Positions 43,969 through 59,221 of a stretch of DNA of 64,000 nt are shown here, piece by piece; position 1 is the stretch's first letter, and the number at the start of each line of letters is the position of its first letter. This DNA comes from Octopus vulgaris (lineage: Eukaryota). The position numbers and the translations under genes were made by a program. The notes below the pieces were generated by a model. The model saw nothing but the letters and a program-made list of their open reading frames with translations. It did not search any database and was not told where the DNA came from. The stretch is from positions 27,466,001 to 27,530,000 of the forward strand of contig OX597826.1 in the NCBI GenBank assembly GCA_951406725.2. The letters are read 5' to 3'.

Positions 43969-44070
43969 CCCTCTATCTCTTCTCTGTCTCACTCGCTGTC
44001 TCTTTTCTCCTGTATTATTCTCTTGTCCAAACCCTGAATCATCCCCTCTCCCTACCTCTCTCACTCTCTC

Positions 44071-44135
<65 letters not shown>

Positions 44136-44519
44136 CTCTTATATATACTTGTTTGAATACGAATAATTTTAATAAATTTCTGCTCCATGTAATACATTTG
44201 GAAAGGGAAAAAATGGAAGATAATGAAGTATGACAAAGACTGTCATACTTCAGCGCAGGAAAATTTGGGCGACAGAGATAGAGGTAAACAAAGAGAGAAG
44301 GAAGCAAGAAGAACGAAAGAAAGAAAAAAAAGGAAGAAAGAAAGAACAAGATAAAGGTACGCTGAAGAAAGAATCGAAGATGGTGTACAAAAATCAGATA
44401 AACAATGGTCGAGATGGGGTGATTCGCCAAAATATGTAAATGAATTTTGGAGAAAGTTATAAAAACAACAATAAATCTAATATGAAGGACTCAATATCTT
44501 ACGCTGCGGTGTAATTCTA

Positions 44520-44964
44520 ATGCATAAGCGTTGACATATTATTATATATATATATAGAGAGAGAGGCACACAAACACACATACACACACATATATATATA
44601 TATATACATATAGTTACATATATACATACATACATATACATACTACATATATCAATGTTTATATATATGTGTGTGTATATATGTATATACTTTTGCATAT
44701 GTATAATATATATATAACGTATTTTATATGTATATGTAACTATATGTGCTTATATATACGCATATGTATGCATACACACACACACACATACATATATATG
44801 TGTGTGTGTTTATATAAATATATATATAATGTGTATATGTATATATATGTATGCAAATGAATGTATATGGGTTCACATATATGTGTATATACAAACACAT
44901 ATATATATATGTATGTATATATATATATATATATATACGTATATATATATACATATATATATAC

Positions 44965-45047
<83 letters not shown>

Positions 45048-45383
45048 CGCACACACAAACACATATATATGTATATATAGGCAAAACGTATAAAATACTT
45101 CACATGAGGACGTGTGCATTGAAATTACATCCAGCCATGGAGAAGGAAAAAAAATGTAGCTGGACGGAGAAAAAAATAATACATGTAAACACGGAAAGAA
45201 AGGGACGAAGAAAAGGAGAGAGGGGAAGAGAGTGGGTGGGGTATTGATAATAAAAAAAACATGAACGCAAATACAAAAGTGATTCTATAAGAAATAAAAA
45301 CCGCGAATGCAGAGGTAGGTAAATCGAAAGCTCTTACGAATGAAATACATACACAAACATATAGTCATAAGTATACGTGTATG

Positions 45384-45428
<45 letters not shown>

Positions 45429-46073
45429 GTATGTATATATATATATAAATTTATATATGTGTGTAAGTATGTATGTATATATGTATACATATATTTTATG
45501 TATGAATATGCATGCATACATATATAAACAGTCCAAAATGGCGGTTGTAAATATGAAATTACATTAATTTCTATCGACAGAGTTTACATTCCCTGGTGAT
45601 GTTAACGCCAAAGTCTTGTTAGGGTGTTCTGATCCGGAATTAGTCGGTCTCGTTATCAAATCAGACACCAACTAACTCAATAAGCATATTTTAACCATAT
45701 TATGCTTCTGAATATATATGAGTGTACAAATATATACATACATACATATACAAATATATACATATACATTTGTATAGATATATGTTACATACTCTTTATA
45801 TGTGTATATATATATATATATATATACCTGTATGCGTATATATGCCTATATATTCATTTATATGTATATATAGTGTTGTGTGGAAACGTGTAGGCATATG
45901 TATGAATAGAAACAACGATATATGATTGTGCTTGGAGCTGGGAGGTAAAGCTATTTGGTGAATATAAACAACCACGCGTTCCCGCACTTACACACGGGCT
46001 GACTCGCACATCCACACACGCATACACACACACATATGCATACGTATAAACTTGTATAACTGAAAGAAACACA

Positions 46074-46147
<74 letters not shown>

Positions 46148-46205
46148 CAGATATATAGATATATGTATGTATATGCAAATGCATTCATACGCTCATTTTC
46201 ATATG

Positions 46206-46251
<46 letters not shown>

Positions 46252-46625
46252 CGTATACATATACTTATATATACATGGATATAAATATTTATATATATTT
46301 GGAGCGCTTTTCTTTGAGCCCTATTTAATTCTTATACGTACATATATATACGAACATTCACACTCACAATTATATAAGCCTATACTATATGTCAATACTG
46401 ACCATGTAGCATCTACCCATAGTCATAGATGCCAATGAATTAATGTGGAAATATATATTTATGGGTAGAATATTATTATTGTACATCATGTGTATTGTTA
46501 TGCATAGATAAGCATGAACATGCATATATATTCAGGTAACTATATGTATGCACGCGTTCATTCCTACACAAGCACGCACACATATATACTCAAATATGTA
46601 TAAATGTATACATACATAATATACA

Positions 46626-46661
<36 letters not shown>

Positions 46662-46797
46662 CATGAATCCATGAATGGATATACTGATCCTTGTATGCAT
46701 ACATCTATACAAGCATGCATATATATATGTAAACACATACACGTTTCGAGATATATGTATATACATATATATTTGCCGATACATATACATACATATC

Positions 46798-46835
<38 letters not shown>

Positions 46836-47140
46836 TATATGTATGTAGGCTTATATATATGTATATGTAAACATATATACATATATATACATATATATAC
46901 ATATATACACATATATAAATATATATGTATATATATACATATGTATGTTGTTTCCAAGCATTACTTATGTATAAATTTTATGTCTCACACACACACACAC
47001 ACATATATATGTATATGTGTGTATACGTTTTTGTGTATGTGTTTGTGTCTATGTATATATACATATGTATATATATATATACGCATATATATATGTATAT
47101 GTATATCTATATCTATATCTATATCTATATCTATACATAT

Positions 47141-47196
<56 letters not shown>

Positions 47197-47666
47197 CAAT
47201 ACTCAAAGATGTACGTCGGATACTTGCGTATACGCACATATACGTACGCGTGTGCGGTTGCCTGCGTTTGCGTACGTATGTATGTTGGTTGCCTGTACAC
47301 AGATCATACACAAGAACGACTGACTATGCCTGTGTTCTATCTGTGTGCGCACGCGTGTGTGTGTATAACTCTATTCATATTCATTATTTTTCTTGGCAAC
47401 TGTATATATTTTCTAGATTTCTCCGACGCTCTGATCAATTTAAGCTAATTTGCTCCATCATTTTCCAAACATCCATTCTGCATAATGCTTCGTTTTGCTT
47501 TCCTTCGCTTGTTGATATATTTTTTGTTGTGTTTCTTCGTTCGGTTGTCTCTTTGATATTTTATTTCGATTTTTATCATTTTTACCTTCTATTTTATCTT
47601 TTGATATTATTTTTTTTTTAGTGGTTCCAATGTAATTTCCCAGGAAAATGTATGTAAATCAGACTA

Positions 47667-47757
<91 letters not shown>

Positions 47758-47829
47758 GTATCTGTCTATCTATCAAACTGTCTGTTTGTCTGTCTGTCTG
47801 TCGATCTATCTTTCTACTTATCTATCTAT

Positions 47830-47887
<58 letters not shown>

Positions 47888-47901
47888 TTATATACATATG
47901 A

Positions 47902-47947
<46 letters not shown>

Positions 47948-48464
47948 ATATATATAGGTGTGTATATAGAGGTATACACGCACATATGTATGCGGGGGGA
48001 CGTGTATGCGTGTGTGAGTATACATTCACTCACATTTGAAACTATATACCTGTATATATACACACACATATATATGTATATATATATATACATACATATA
48101 TATTTATATACGAGTATATAGCGATACACTTATTACACAGACACACACACATAAACACATATGTATATAAGTATATATGTGTGTGTGATTGTGTATATAT
48201 GTATATATACATATGTGTGTGTTTGTGTGTGTATGTTTGCGCTAATATATGTATGTATGTATGAATGTATATATGTATGTATGTATGCATGTATGTATGT
48301 ATGCATGTTCGCATGTATGTATGCATGTATGCATGTATGCATGTATGTATGTATGTGTTAGTGTTTTGCATTTGAGGTTGTAAGTTGGTGTAAATGAGAA
48401 AACGTTTCTGTGAATGATTTGCAAATGCGTTGATCTGTATGTTTGCATGACAGTCTGTTCTGGG

Positions 48465-48538
<74 letters not shown>

Positions 48539-48743
48539 ATAGAAATTCAGGCAGGCCGACAGAGGGATAGATAGAAAGATAGATAGATCGGTTGATAGCT
48601 AGCTAGACAGAGTGATATAATATATAGAAAGAGACAGAGAGACATAGACACGAAGAAAGGCAGATGATTTTACATGCGGACGCGTATTTCTGTTTGTGAG
48701 TACGTGCCCGTGAATAAACACACAGACATACAGTCACATGCAA

Positions 48744-48811
<68 letters not shown>

Positions 48812-48838
48812 TTATATATATATACATATATACACATT

Positions 48839-48869
<31 letters not shown>

Positions 48870-48971
48870 TTATATATAAATATGTATATATATATATATA
48901 TATATACGTACATACATACATATATATATATATATATAATATATATATATAACACATATGTATATGTATAA

Positions 48972-49006
<35 letters not shown>

Positions 49007-49035
49007 TGTATGTATGTATGTATGTATGTATGTAT
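44520..49035. repeat. Extended TA/CA/TATG/TATC microsatellite-rich region
   Basis: Directly visible. Confidence 0.9.
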
Positions 49036-50009
49036 GGGGACCCTGTTGGTGGCTCTTTCTCCTTATCAGGTTTGCCTAGAGTATGTCACCCAATCTACCA
49101 TTTCTGTATATATTTCTGACACTGTTTATATGGTTTCTTTATAATTATGTTCACTTTTTACTTCTTCCCCAAATAACTCCAGAGCAGCCATGTCTCCTTA
49201 CAATTGAATTAAGATAAAATTGTTGCTTTGTATTTTTATCTTATATTTTTATTTCGTTTACACCGTCCTCATCTCCTTAGTGTAGTTCTTATGCATGTCT
49301 TTTTTTTTTGTCGTGTCTCTTCTCCTTTCTTTTCCTTTTTAATCCCCTCCTCCACCTTCTCCTCATCACCTCCATTTTCTTTTTCTTTCTTTCTTTTATC
49401 TTTCCTTCTTCGTTCTTTTTCGTTCTTCTTCGTTATTCTTCGTTCTTCGTTCTTTTCAATTTCTTTCCATTTTTCTTATTGCAGCTTCTGCCGCTGTTGT
49501 TGCTGTTGCTGTTCTCCTCCTCCTCCTCCTCATTCTTCTTCTTTTTCTTCCTCTTCTACATCATCATCATCGTCATCATTACGATCTTTCTGCTCTTCTT
49601 GCTCCTCCTCTTGTTGTACTACTACTACTACTACTACTACTGCTAACTTATTCTTCTACTTCATCATTGTAATCATTTTTATCATCATCATCATCATCAT
49701 CGTCATCGTCGTCGTCGTCGTCATCATCATCATCATCATTGTGATCATCTTTTTTCCTTCTCGTTCATTATCATAATCATGACCCCGTCTTTATCTTTTC
49801 TTCTTTCCTTCATCATTAATGTCTCCACTTGCCTCTTTATTTACTGTCAGTGCTTCATCCAGCCTCCTCCTTTTCCGTCTTTTCAACCACAGACTCTTTT
49901 CTTATTAAAGTTCTTTTCTCTCCTAATCTTCTTCTTAATCTGATGCTTCATCTTCACATATTTTCAATTGGTTTTGCGCCCCTTTTATTCATTTTTCCTT
50001 CATCATAAT

Positions 50010-50550
50010 TTAGAACCTGATAATAATATACGCATCGATATTTTGTAGATCAGCTCTGGGAACCAACAACAACAAAAGGACCTCGGGAAAGTTTGCTCTC
50101 TGCTCCCGAGGAAGGGCAAGCTTTTTCCGAAGTCGCATTGACGCCCATCTTCTATGACTAAGAAATATTTTTAGTTCGTGATCTGTCAAGATCGGGCGCT
50201 GAGGTAGCAGCCCTATTACAGAAATCCTTAGCTCTGAAAGTACGCGCAATCTTTTTGGAACCGGACGCTAAGATTTGTTTTATGAAAGTGAACGGCAGCG
50301 AAGGTAAGCTCCTTAAACTCGTGGACGTTTATGGCCTTATGAGGGCTAGAAATCTAAATTTTCTTTAAAATGTCCAGAAAACACCTTGGATACGACCCAC
50401 TCTTTTGTATTAATGGGAGACTGGAATAGCATTTTGGACACACGGAATGATTCTGTGGGGCTCGTACAGAAAAGGAGAAAATCCTTGTAAACCTTCTTTA
50501 GAACCTAGCAGCAGTGTGACAGGTACCTACTGGTGTTTCTTGAAATCCAG
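50010..50550 (+). pseudogene. L1/Tx1-like LINE APE endonuclease relic, copy 1
   Basis: GAEVAALLQKSLALKVRAIFLEP, LKLVDVYG and LMGDWNSILD (GDxN motif). Confidence 0.65.
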
Positions 50551-51179
50551 CGACAAAGACGACTTAGATAGCACCAGTTTCTACTAAACTTCACCATCTC
50601 CCACCGCAGTTTTGGGGAATGTCACGGGGAGAGAATAAAGAGTCGAAATGAAGTAGTCTTCAAATTAAGAAGGCTATCAAAACACCATTACAACCTATTT
50701 TACAAATACTCTAACAACAATAGCAGCAGCGGTAGTAACATCATTAAGAACAACAGCAAATACAACAGTCACATCATCAACAACAACAGCAACAACAAAA
50801 CGCACACACAAACACAAAAACCAAAACTGGAACTGCAGCAACAATAAAAACACCAAGAGTAACCCTGAGCTACACTGTTGTAAATAAAAACAAGTGAGTT
50901 GATAGAAAACCTAAATTATGGTAAAATAAAATTGAGACAGCAGTGGAAAAAATGTAGGACTTATTTAAAACTCAGAAGTACATAGCTTTAACAATATCGT
51001 CGTCAGATATCTACAAAACAATTCGGGAAAAACTCTTGGTTGCCGTGGAGGTTTTAAAACAGGTGAAATTTAAAGACTTTTCTAAGGGCCTTTTAGAAAT
51101 GGTTTGCCCGAAAACAAGTCCAGACCTTACGGGCTTCTTGAAAGTCAGAGTGAGCTACTTTCACTTTTCTTTCTTCGAC

Positions 51180-52180
51180 AAATATGTTTGTGCTGAGAGT
51201 GGGGTCTCTGAATGTGCATGTCTTGGAGTCAGCTTGAAAACAAGGTCATTTGCCCAACGATGTCAGGTTGCTCGATATAGATGTGCTAGCTATCATCAAG
51301 ACGGGAGTTTCTGCATCGCTCGCACTGACGCCCATCTTCTATGACTATGACACATTTTTAGTTCGTGATCTGTCAGGATAGAGTGCTGGGGTAGCAGTCC
51401 TATTCCAGAAATCCTTAACTCTGATTGTACGTGCAATCTTCTTGAAACCGGACGCTAAGACTTTTGTTCCAGAAGTGAACGGCAGAGAATGTAAGCTCCT
51501 TAAACTCGTGGACGTTTATGGCCTTATGAGAGCTAGAAATCTAAATTCTCTTTAAAATGTCCAGAAAAATTCTTGGATACGATCCACTCTTTAGTATTAC
51601 TGGAATAGCATTTTTGACACACGGAATGATTCTGTGGGGCTCGTACAGAAGAGGGTCAAAATCCTTGTAAATCTGCTCAGAACCTAGCAGCAGTGTGACG
51701 GGTACCTACTGGAGTTCCTTGAAATGCCACTGTCACCCCAGAGCACCCATTGCGGGTCATACAGATCATACCTACAGTATTTGTTAAGTCAGTGGATACG
51801 GATAGCGTAGGATATCGACATTTAAATTAGTCGGCTCTACGGACCACAAATTTGCGATCTGTATAATCAATTTTGGTACGACTCGGAGATAAGGACCCGG
51901 TTAATGGAAGTTGAACATGACCATGCCGGCTTGAAAAGACTACAGGAACTGTATTCGTAAAGTATTTAGGCAGCACTTAAGGGAGGAAATCGTCAACAAC
52001 CAATGGCAGATCTCCCCGAAAATGGTGACTAGAATAGAATCGACAGCGCTTAGTAAAGAGCGAGCAACAGAACGAAATGGAATAGAAACAGAACTAGTTC
52101 GCAAACAACGAGTACGATTAATAAAGGCATTGCAACCGACGTGCTAACAGCGAGAATAGCTCTTGACACAAGGCCAGAAA
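51180..52180 (+). pseudogene. L1/Tx1-like LINE APE endonuclease relic, copy 2 (longer)
   Basis: Direct repeat of ~50130-50545 at ~51318-51725. Continues to VGSTDHKF and GPG*WKLN, motifs typical of Tx1/L1 ORF2. Confidence 0.7.
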
Positions 52181-52564
52181 TTTTGGAGAGGAGCATGTCC
52201 ATGACATCAGCACCAAAAGGATGAAGAGCCAAATGGACTGTGGTGGCATTTCAACTCAGAATGTAAAATCGGAAGAAATGCTGTTAATAATTTTGTTCGG
52301 CATGCTACCGATTCTGCCAGCTCTCTGCTTTGTTAAAGAGCGGGGTGGGATAATCAACCCGACGAAAATTCTAACTGGGGCCCATCTGCAAGGTGTTTAT
52401 CTTGATATCAGATTTACCATGTCACGCACATGTGGTTGTGATGCATGTACCTGGTGTGCCCTTATCATTATGGATATATTGAGCTTTGTATATTTGTACC
52501 CCAGTGTCTCTTTGATGGTATGCTCTGCTCTCTCACTCACTCAATAATGATAATAAAAAATGTC

Positions 52565-52615
<51 letters not shown>

Positions 52616-52624
52616 TAATAATAA

Positions 52625-53340
52625 GCTGATCAGTCCAGGCTAAGAAGGAAAATATCCACAAGCATGACAGAGTTAGGGCCTATATACACCGGAAGCTATG
52701 CAAACACTATGGAATGACAGCAGAAACAAAGATGGTATAGGCACACTCCAGGAAAGGTCTCAGAAAAGGACAAAGCAACCATACACACAGATACAGAAAC
52801 CAAGAAAAATAGACCGGATATATTTGTCAGAGATCATCAAGAAAACAAAATGCCTTGTAATCGCTGTATCGATATCATCAGATGACAATGCAAGAAACGG
52901 AGAAACTCTCATAATACAAAAATGTGGAAGTAGAGGTAACACGAATGTGGAACCTAGAGACAGAAACAATGCTTATAGGTGAATGAGGTATGATTAAGAA
53001 ACGTCCAGACAAATACATAACCCAAACACTAAGATTAAGATATAGATATACAGAAAATAGCACTAGTAGGCACCGCATACATCCTACGTAAAGTACATTC
53101 AATATACTTTTCCACTCTTGGCACAAGGAGCGAAATTTGGGGGGAAGGGGACTTTCGATTATATCGACCCCAGTAAGCAACTGGTACTTAAGTTATCGAC
53201 CCCGAAAGGATGAAAGTCAAAGTCGACCTCGACGGAGTTAAAAGCACATTCGATATAGTCAAAATAACAGCAAAACAAACAACAGCACATAACCAAGGAA
53301 CACAGAACTACGCTCTGTGGTGCAGTGAAAGTACCTGATA
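52625..53340 (+). mobile_element. 5'-truncated RLE-type non-LTR retrotransposon relic (R4/Dong-like), interrupted by a SINE
   Basis: HKHDRVRAYIHRKLCKHYG, KNRPDIFVRD, EVEVTRMWNL and IQKIALVGTAYILRKV. Bounded by (TAA)n-type repeats. Confidence 0.7.
53107..53240 (-). mobile_element. SINE family B, truncated, inserted in the RLE relic
   Basis: Candidate 17-bp TSD aaag(t/c)acattc(a/g)atata at 53090-53106 and 53241-53257. Confidence 0.75.
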
Positions 53341-53547
53341 ATAATAAGACTATTGAATAATAATGATAATAATCGTTTCAAATCTTACCATAGGGCCGAC
53401 AGTTATTGAGGGGAAAGGGAAGCGATGACATTAGCTCTAGTACTTGAACCGGTCCTTATTTTATCGAACTCGATTAGACGGAACGCTAGGTTGCCTTCGG
53501 CGTTATCACTGACTCATTAAAGATTCCAACATTAATGAAAATAAGAA

Positions 53548-53942
53548 TCTTTTCTACTATAGGCACAAGGTCTGAAATTTGGCGGGAGGGGGCTAACCGA
53601 TTACATCGATTCCAGTATATAGCTGGTACTTACTTCATCGACGCCGAAAGGATAAGACGCAAAGTCGACCTCGGCGGAATTTGAACTCAGAACGTAAAGA
53701 CGGACAAAATACCTCTAAGCATTCCGTCCAGCGCGTTAACGATTCTGCCAGTTCGCCGCCTTAAAAATAATTCTTTTCTTCTCTAGGCACAAGGCCCGAA
53801 ATTTGTGGGTTAAAGGGCCAGTCGATTAGATCGACCCCAGTACGCAGATGGTACTTAATTTATCGACCCCGAAAGGATGAAGATAAAGTCGATCTCCGCA
53901 GAATTTGAACCAGCGTTAACGATTCCGCCAGCTCGTCGCCTT
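53548..53942 (-). mobile_element. SINE family B tandem dimer
   Basis: Two units, each ending cgccttaaaaataa on the plus strand. Confidence 0.85.
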
Positions 53943-54814
53943 AAAAATAATGATGATAAAAACAAATAATCGATATAAAAAAAAGAAAAGAACGTAAATA
54001 ATTGTTCTTTGTTAAAGGAATCACGATTTCTTCAAGCTTACAATAGGATGATAATTGACATGTTGTCGATGTCTAATCTTTTCTCAATGTCAATATATAC
54101 ATAAACTTATTTATTTCCAACCCTGAAGAGACTTTATAATCAACGCTATTAATTCGATTCAACTAGCAAAGTGGATGTTTATTCACATCTTGTTGAGCGA
54201 ATTCCATCAGCATTGTCTTTACGTCGTTAGATGTTCGGGTTTCATTGATACTCAAAGCAAACACAACACCGTGACAGCTACGAAGCCGCAATTACACTCA
54301 CAACACATGTTGAATACAGCAAAATAACACTCAGAACGAATGCTGCAATGATGTTCGTGTGTGTGTGTGTATATATATATATGTGTGGTGTGTGCGTATT
54401 ATTTTATTCTTTTAATTCTTTCAGTCATTTGACTGCAGCCATGCTGGAGCATCGCCTTTAGTCGAACATATCGACCCCAGGGCTCACACGCACGCACACA
54501 CACACACACATTCACGCACACACACACGCACTCACTACATACGCACACTTGTATATATATGTATTTTCTTTTATTCTTTTATACGTTTCAGCTCTGAGGA
54601 TGTGGCCATACTATATATATATATATATATATGCGTGTGTGTATGTGTGTGAGTGTGTGCGTGAGCGTGTGTGTCTCTACGAATATCAAACCCCTTCTTT
54701 GATATTAGTACCTCACTCTTTTTGAAATTCCAGATGTCGCTCTTTCCGATATAGGAGAAAAATGTATAACAGTAGAAAGAAATGGAGAAAGCATCCACAG
54801 AATAATATATATAT

Positions 54815-55040
54815 AGTCAATCCAAACATGAAAACACAAAGAGAAAACACAACAACGCGAGGACATGGAACAAGTATAGTGTTATTGGACGCTCAGGAAA
54901 GAAGGAGAGAAGGAGGGTTTAACGTTTCGAGCGGAGCTCTTCGTCAGTAACATAGGAAAAAGAAAGATCCAAAGAAGGGAAGACGGAGGAAAAAAATCGC
55001 CAACGGTACACACGCGGTCACATTTTGAATGACCGGAAGG
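54815..55040 (-). mobile_element. Second copy of the 16625 hammerhead-bearing element
   Basis: Shares gtaccgttggcgattttttcctc...gctcgaaacgttaaaccctcc...cctgagcgtcca with the first copy. Flanked by (TA)n. Confidence 0.65.
54917..54951 (-). ncRNA. Minimal type-I hammerhead-like motif (CUGACGA core), same family as 16694
   Basis: Reverse strand reads gtta-CTGACGA-a-gagc/tcc/gctc-GAAACGTT-aaac. The stem I closing pair is mismatched. Confidence 0.6.
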
Positions 55041-55246
55041 GAATATATATATATAATATACATATATATATAACCTTTGCATTTGATTTTTTAATGTCTT
55101 TACCCCCATACTTTCGTGAGTTGAATTGAGCAAACACTATATGAGAGAGATTTTCTTTAAGTATTAGAAATAGTTTTAAAAAAGTTTTTTTAGCTACTAT
55201 TTCTAATGAGTTCAGTATGTGGCAAAGTAATTTATTTTACTAAGCC

Positions 55247-55319
<73 letters not shown>

Positions 55320-55623
55320 AGCTAAATAATGTTGCCTACACGTGTGTCAGTTTGTTTCTTAGATTCTTATTAATACAATTAAACTGCATTATGAATTTGA
55401 AAAAGCAAATACCTTCGGTTGGGCTAAAATAGACTGATAAGAAGGCAAAATCATGGCTGCTATTTCTTCATATATCTATTTTAACCCTGTCGAATATTCT
55501 TGCTTCTTGAAATTCGTAATGCAACAAAGCGAAACACGTGTAGGCAACATGATTTGAGTATTACAATATATAGATACATACATACATGCTTGCATATATT
55601 TATATATATATATATATACATAC

Positions 55624-55683
<60 letters not shown>

Positions 55684-55684
<1 letters not shown>

Positions 55685-55848
55685 GGCGCAGGAGTGGCTG
55701 TGTGGTAAGTAGCTTGCTTACCAACCATACGGTTCCGGGTTCATTCTCACTGCGTGGCACCTTGGGCAAGTGTCTTCCACTATAGCCTCAGGCCGACCAA
55801 AGCCTTGTGAGTAGATTTGGTAGACGGAAACTGGAAGAAGCCCGTCGT
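55684..55848 (+). mobile_element. SINE family A, 5' half
   Basis: aggcgcaggagtggctgtgtggtaagtagcttgc...gaagcccgtcg. Confidence 0.85.
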
Positions 55849-55879
55849 ATATATGTATATATATATGTATATATATATG

Positions 55880-55911
<32 letters not shown>

Positions 55912-56069
55912 TAGAGGGAGAGAGGTGGGGACGGGTCGTGAAAGAGAGGGAGAATGGGAGAGAGAGAGAGATTTGTATCTTCAATATTTCATGAGGAGGG
56001 GGTTGCTGCTGAATTTCAAACATCCGGAAACCTAGCTGTTCCTTCGAAGCATAAGACAAAGGCGTATGT

Positions 56070-56159
56070 ACTCCAGCATCGGTTGTCAAGCGGTAGGTGG
56101 TGAGAACAGGCACAGACACAAAGACACACACATAAATACATATACACACACACACATAC

Positions 56160-56198
<39 letters not shown>

Positions 56199-56351
56199 TA
56201 TATACGACGGTCTTCTTTCAGTTTCCGTCTGCCAAACCCACTCACAAGACTTTGGTCGGCTCGGGGATATGATAGAAAACACTTGCACAGGGTGCCATTG
56301 ATTGGGACTGAACCCGGAACCATGTGGCTGCAAAGTAATCTTCTTACCACA

Positions 56352-56355
<4 letters not shown>
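56070..56355 (-). mobile_element. SINE family A, partial, inverted relative to 55684
   Basis: Reverse-complement homology to family A. Confidence 0.8.
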
Positions 56356-56428
<73 letters not shown>

Positions 56429-56605
56429 ATACACGTCCCCAGTTTAATAATAAGCCGAGATCGACTCTACCTTTCATCCTTTTGGGATCAATAGATTAAG
56501 TACCAGGTACGCACACGGGCCGATGCAATCAACTGGTCCCAAAAATTCTAGGCGTTGCGTCTTTAATACAAAGGATTCTACTTCTTCTTCTTCTTCTTCT
56601 TCTTC

Positions 56606-56687
<82 letters not shown>

Positions 56688-57782
56688 GCCTGGCAGAGTC
56701 GTTAGCACACCAGGCAAGATAGCTAGCGGCATATCGTCTGTCTTTGAGTTTTGAGTCCAAATTCAGTAACGGTTGACTTTGCATTTCATCAAATTGAAAT
56801 TGATAAAATTAATATCAACCAAGCACTAGTGTCGATGTGATCGACTCCTTCACTCCCTCAAAGCATAATTTGACACCAATATTATTATTAGAGACACCAT
56901 TATAAGTAGTGGTAGTAGTAGTAGTGGTAGCAGTAGTAGTGGTAGTAGTATTAGTGGTAGTAGTAGTAATGGTAGTAGTAGTTGTAGTAGTAGTAGTAAT
57001 AGCAGTAGTAGTAGTAGGCGAGGAGGTTTAGAGATGTCTAGTTTTTTCATATTTCTTTAATTCTTCTTCCTCTCTTACGACCCGTTCTTCCTTTCCTTCT
57101 CCTTTTATTATTATTATTGTTGTTGTTGTTGTTGTTGTTGTTGTTTTTTTTTTTGTTGTTGTTGCTGCTGCTGTTATTTCGTTTCGAAAGCTTTATCATA
57201 TTGTTTTGTACGTTATGTTTATATTCTTTTGTTATATCATGTTTACTTATTACCGTTGCCATTTCAAAATGTAATTTATTTTTATTTTATCTCACTTATT
57301 ATTTTTGTTGTTGTTGTTATTTTTGTTGTTTTTGTTATGATTATTATTATTATTATTATTTATGAATTTATTTTGATGTTGATTTTTTTTTTCTGTGTGT
57401 GTTTTATTATTGTTTTCTGGCTTGCTGGCAAAATTATTCCAGGCAATTCATTTTCTTCTTCCATGTAGCACTGACACACAAAAACGGTGATAAATGAAAC
57501 CCCAAGATGATGGGATTACTCTGGGATCTTTTTTTTTTTTTTGCAGTTTGGAGAGAGGGTGAGAGAATAGAAAATAAAATTATAGTAAAAGAAAATAACA
57601 TAAATAAAACATTTAACAATATAAGAAAACAACATAATGCCTACAACAAAATCACAGGAATAAACAATAACACTGTGAACGAATTGCAATCCCTATCCCT
57701 TCGTATAAAGAGGAAAAAAACAAATAGAAACATGAGGGTTTAACAAAAAGTATAAACAAATTTTAAAAAATAATGATGTTAA

Positions 57783-57849
<67 letters not shown>

Positions 57850-57861
57850 TAATAATAATAA

Positions 57862-57893
<32 letters not shown>

Positions 57894-58092
57894 TTATGGA
57901 TGATACTTTATATTCAAACTTATTCGTCCGATCGCCATTTCTCATTAAATGCCCTTCCTACTACTTCCTGAAACACTCTCTATTGCATTCTTTCTCGCCT
58001 TATCACTGACTGTTTCTCTCTGTCTCCCTCTGTCTCTCACTTACTTTATGTATAAATATATGTGTATGTGTGTGTATATACATATGTGTGTA

Positions 58093-58131
<39 letters not shown>

Positions 58132-58319
58132 TTATACATGTATGTGTGTGCATATGCGTGTAAATATATATATATTTATATAATTTGCTGCCAAGAACAA
58201 ACACACAAATATGTAATATTTGTATATAAAAATATACGTATATACATGTAACATGGATGTATACAATGTATACAACGTTTATATTCATACAAGTATACTT
58301 ATTTACATGTAAACACACA

Positions 58320-58365
<46 letters not shown>

Positions 58366-58603
58366 TACATACACACACAGAGATACAACCCTAAAACTTA
58401 AATATTTTCTTCTTCTAATCTTCATCTTTATAACTTCCCACGATCTTGTGTTATATAGATTACACAAACACACAGACACACATGCACAGACACACTCAAA
58501 ATGGCACAAGCACATACAAATCCATACTGGATCACATATATACAAGAGAAGGATGCACCCAGCAGAAGTATTTGCGAATCTGTTTTACATATTCTTGAGA
58601 GTG

Positions 58604-58644
<41 letters not shown>

Positions 58645-59187
58645 CGATATATGTATATATACATATGCATGCATGCGTACATGTATAGATTTGTGAGATC
58701 CCACATACTTAGTGATATATTTTTAATTCAGGACGACCAGGTTTTTAAAGCCAAACAACGAATATATTTAAATTTATCATACAAACATCTACACAAACAT
58801 TCTGAGACGCATTTCAGAATATACAGAAATACTCTCGAATTTAGCCATCCATACATACATACATTTTTATGGCTGCCCCCTCGTTATCGAGTATGGCCAT
58901 TGCACGAAGCTTAACTGTTACTGGTGCTGTGATCGAATGTGACTTTTTAGCGCAGCTAAAGATCTATAATGTCTTGTACAGAATTGGCAACTAATACCTT
59001 TACCGGTAATAGCCGGCTATAGTTGTAACTGGGCTTCATGTACCTTTGCATATCGTCTAAGTCTTCCTGCCGAATTACTCTCTCTTCCACATGCCCGGCA
59101 GATATGATTAGTATGGTGTGTTACACCACCATACATACATACATACATACATACATACATACATACATACATACATACATACATACA

Positions 59188-59221
<34 letters not shown>

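Noticed and set aside
46839-47621. 260-aa ORF
   Set aside because: Mostly (TA)n-derived sequence plus a T-rich tail.
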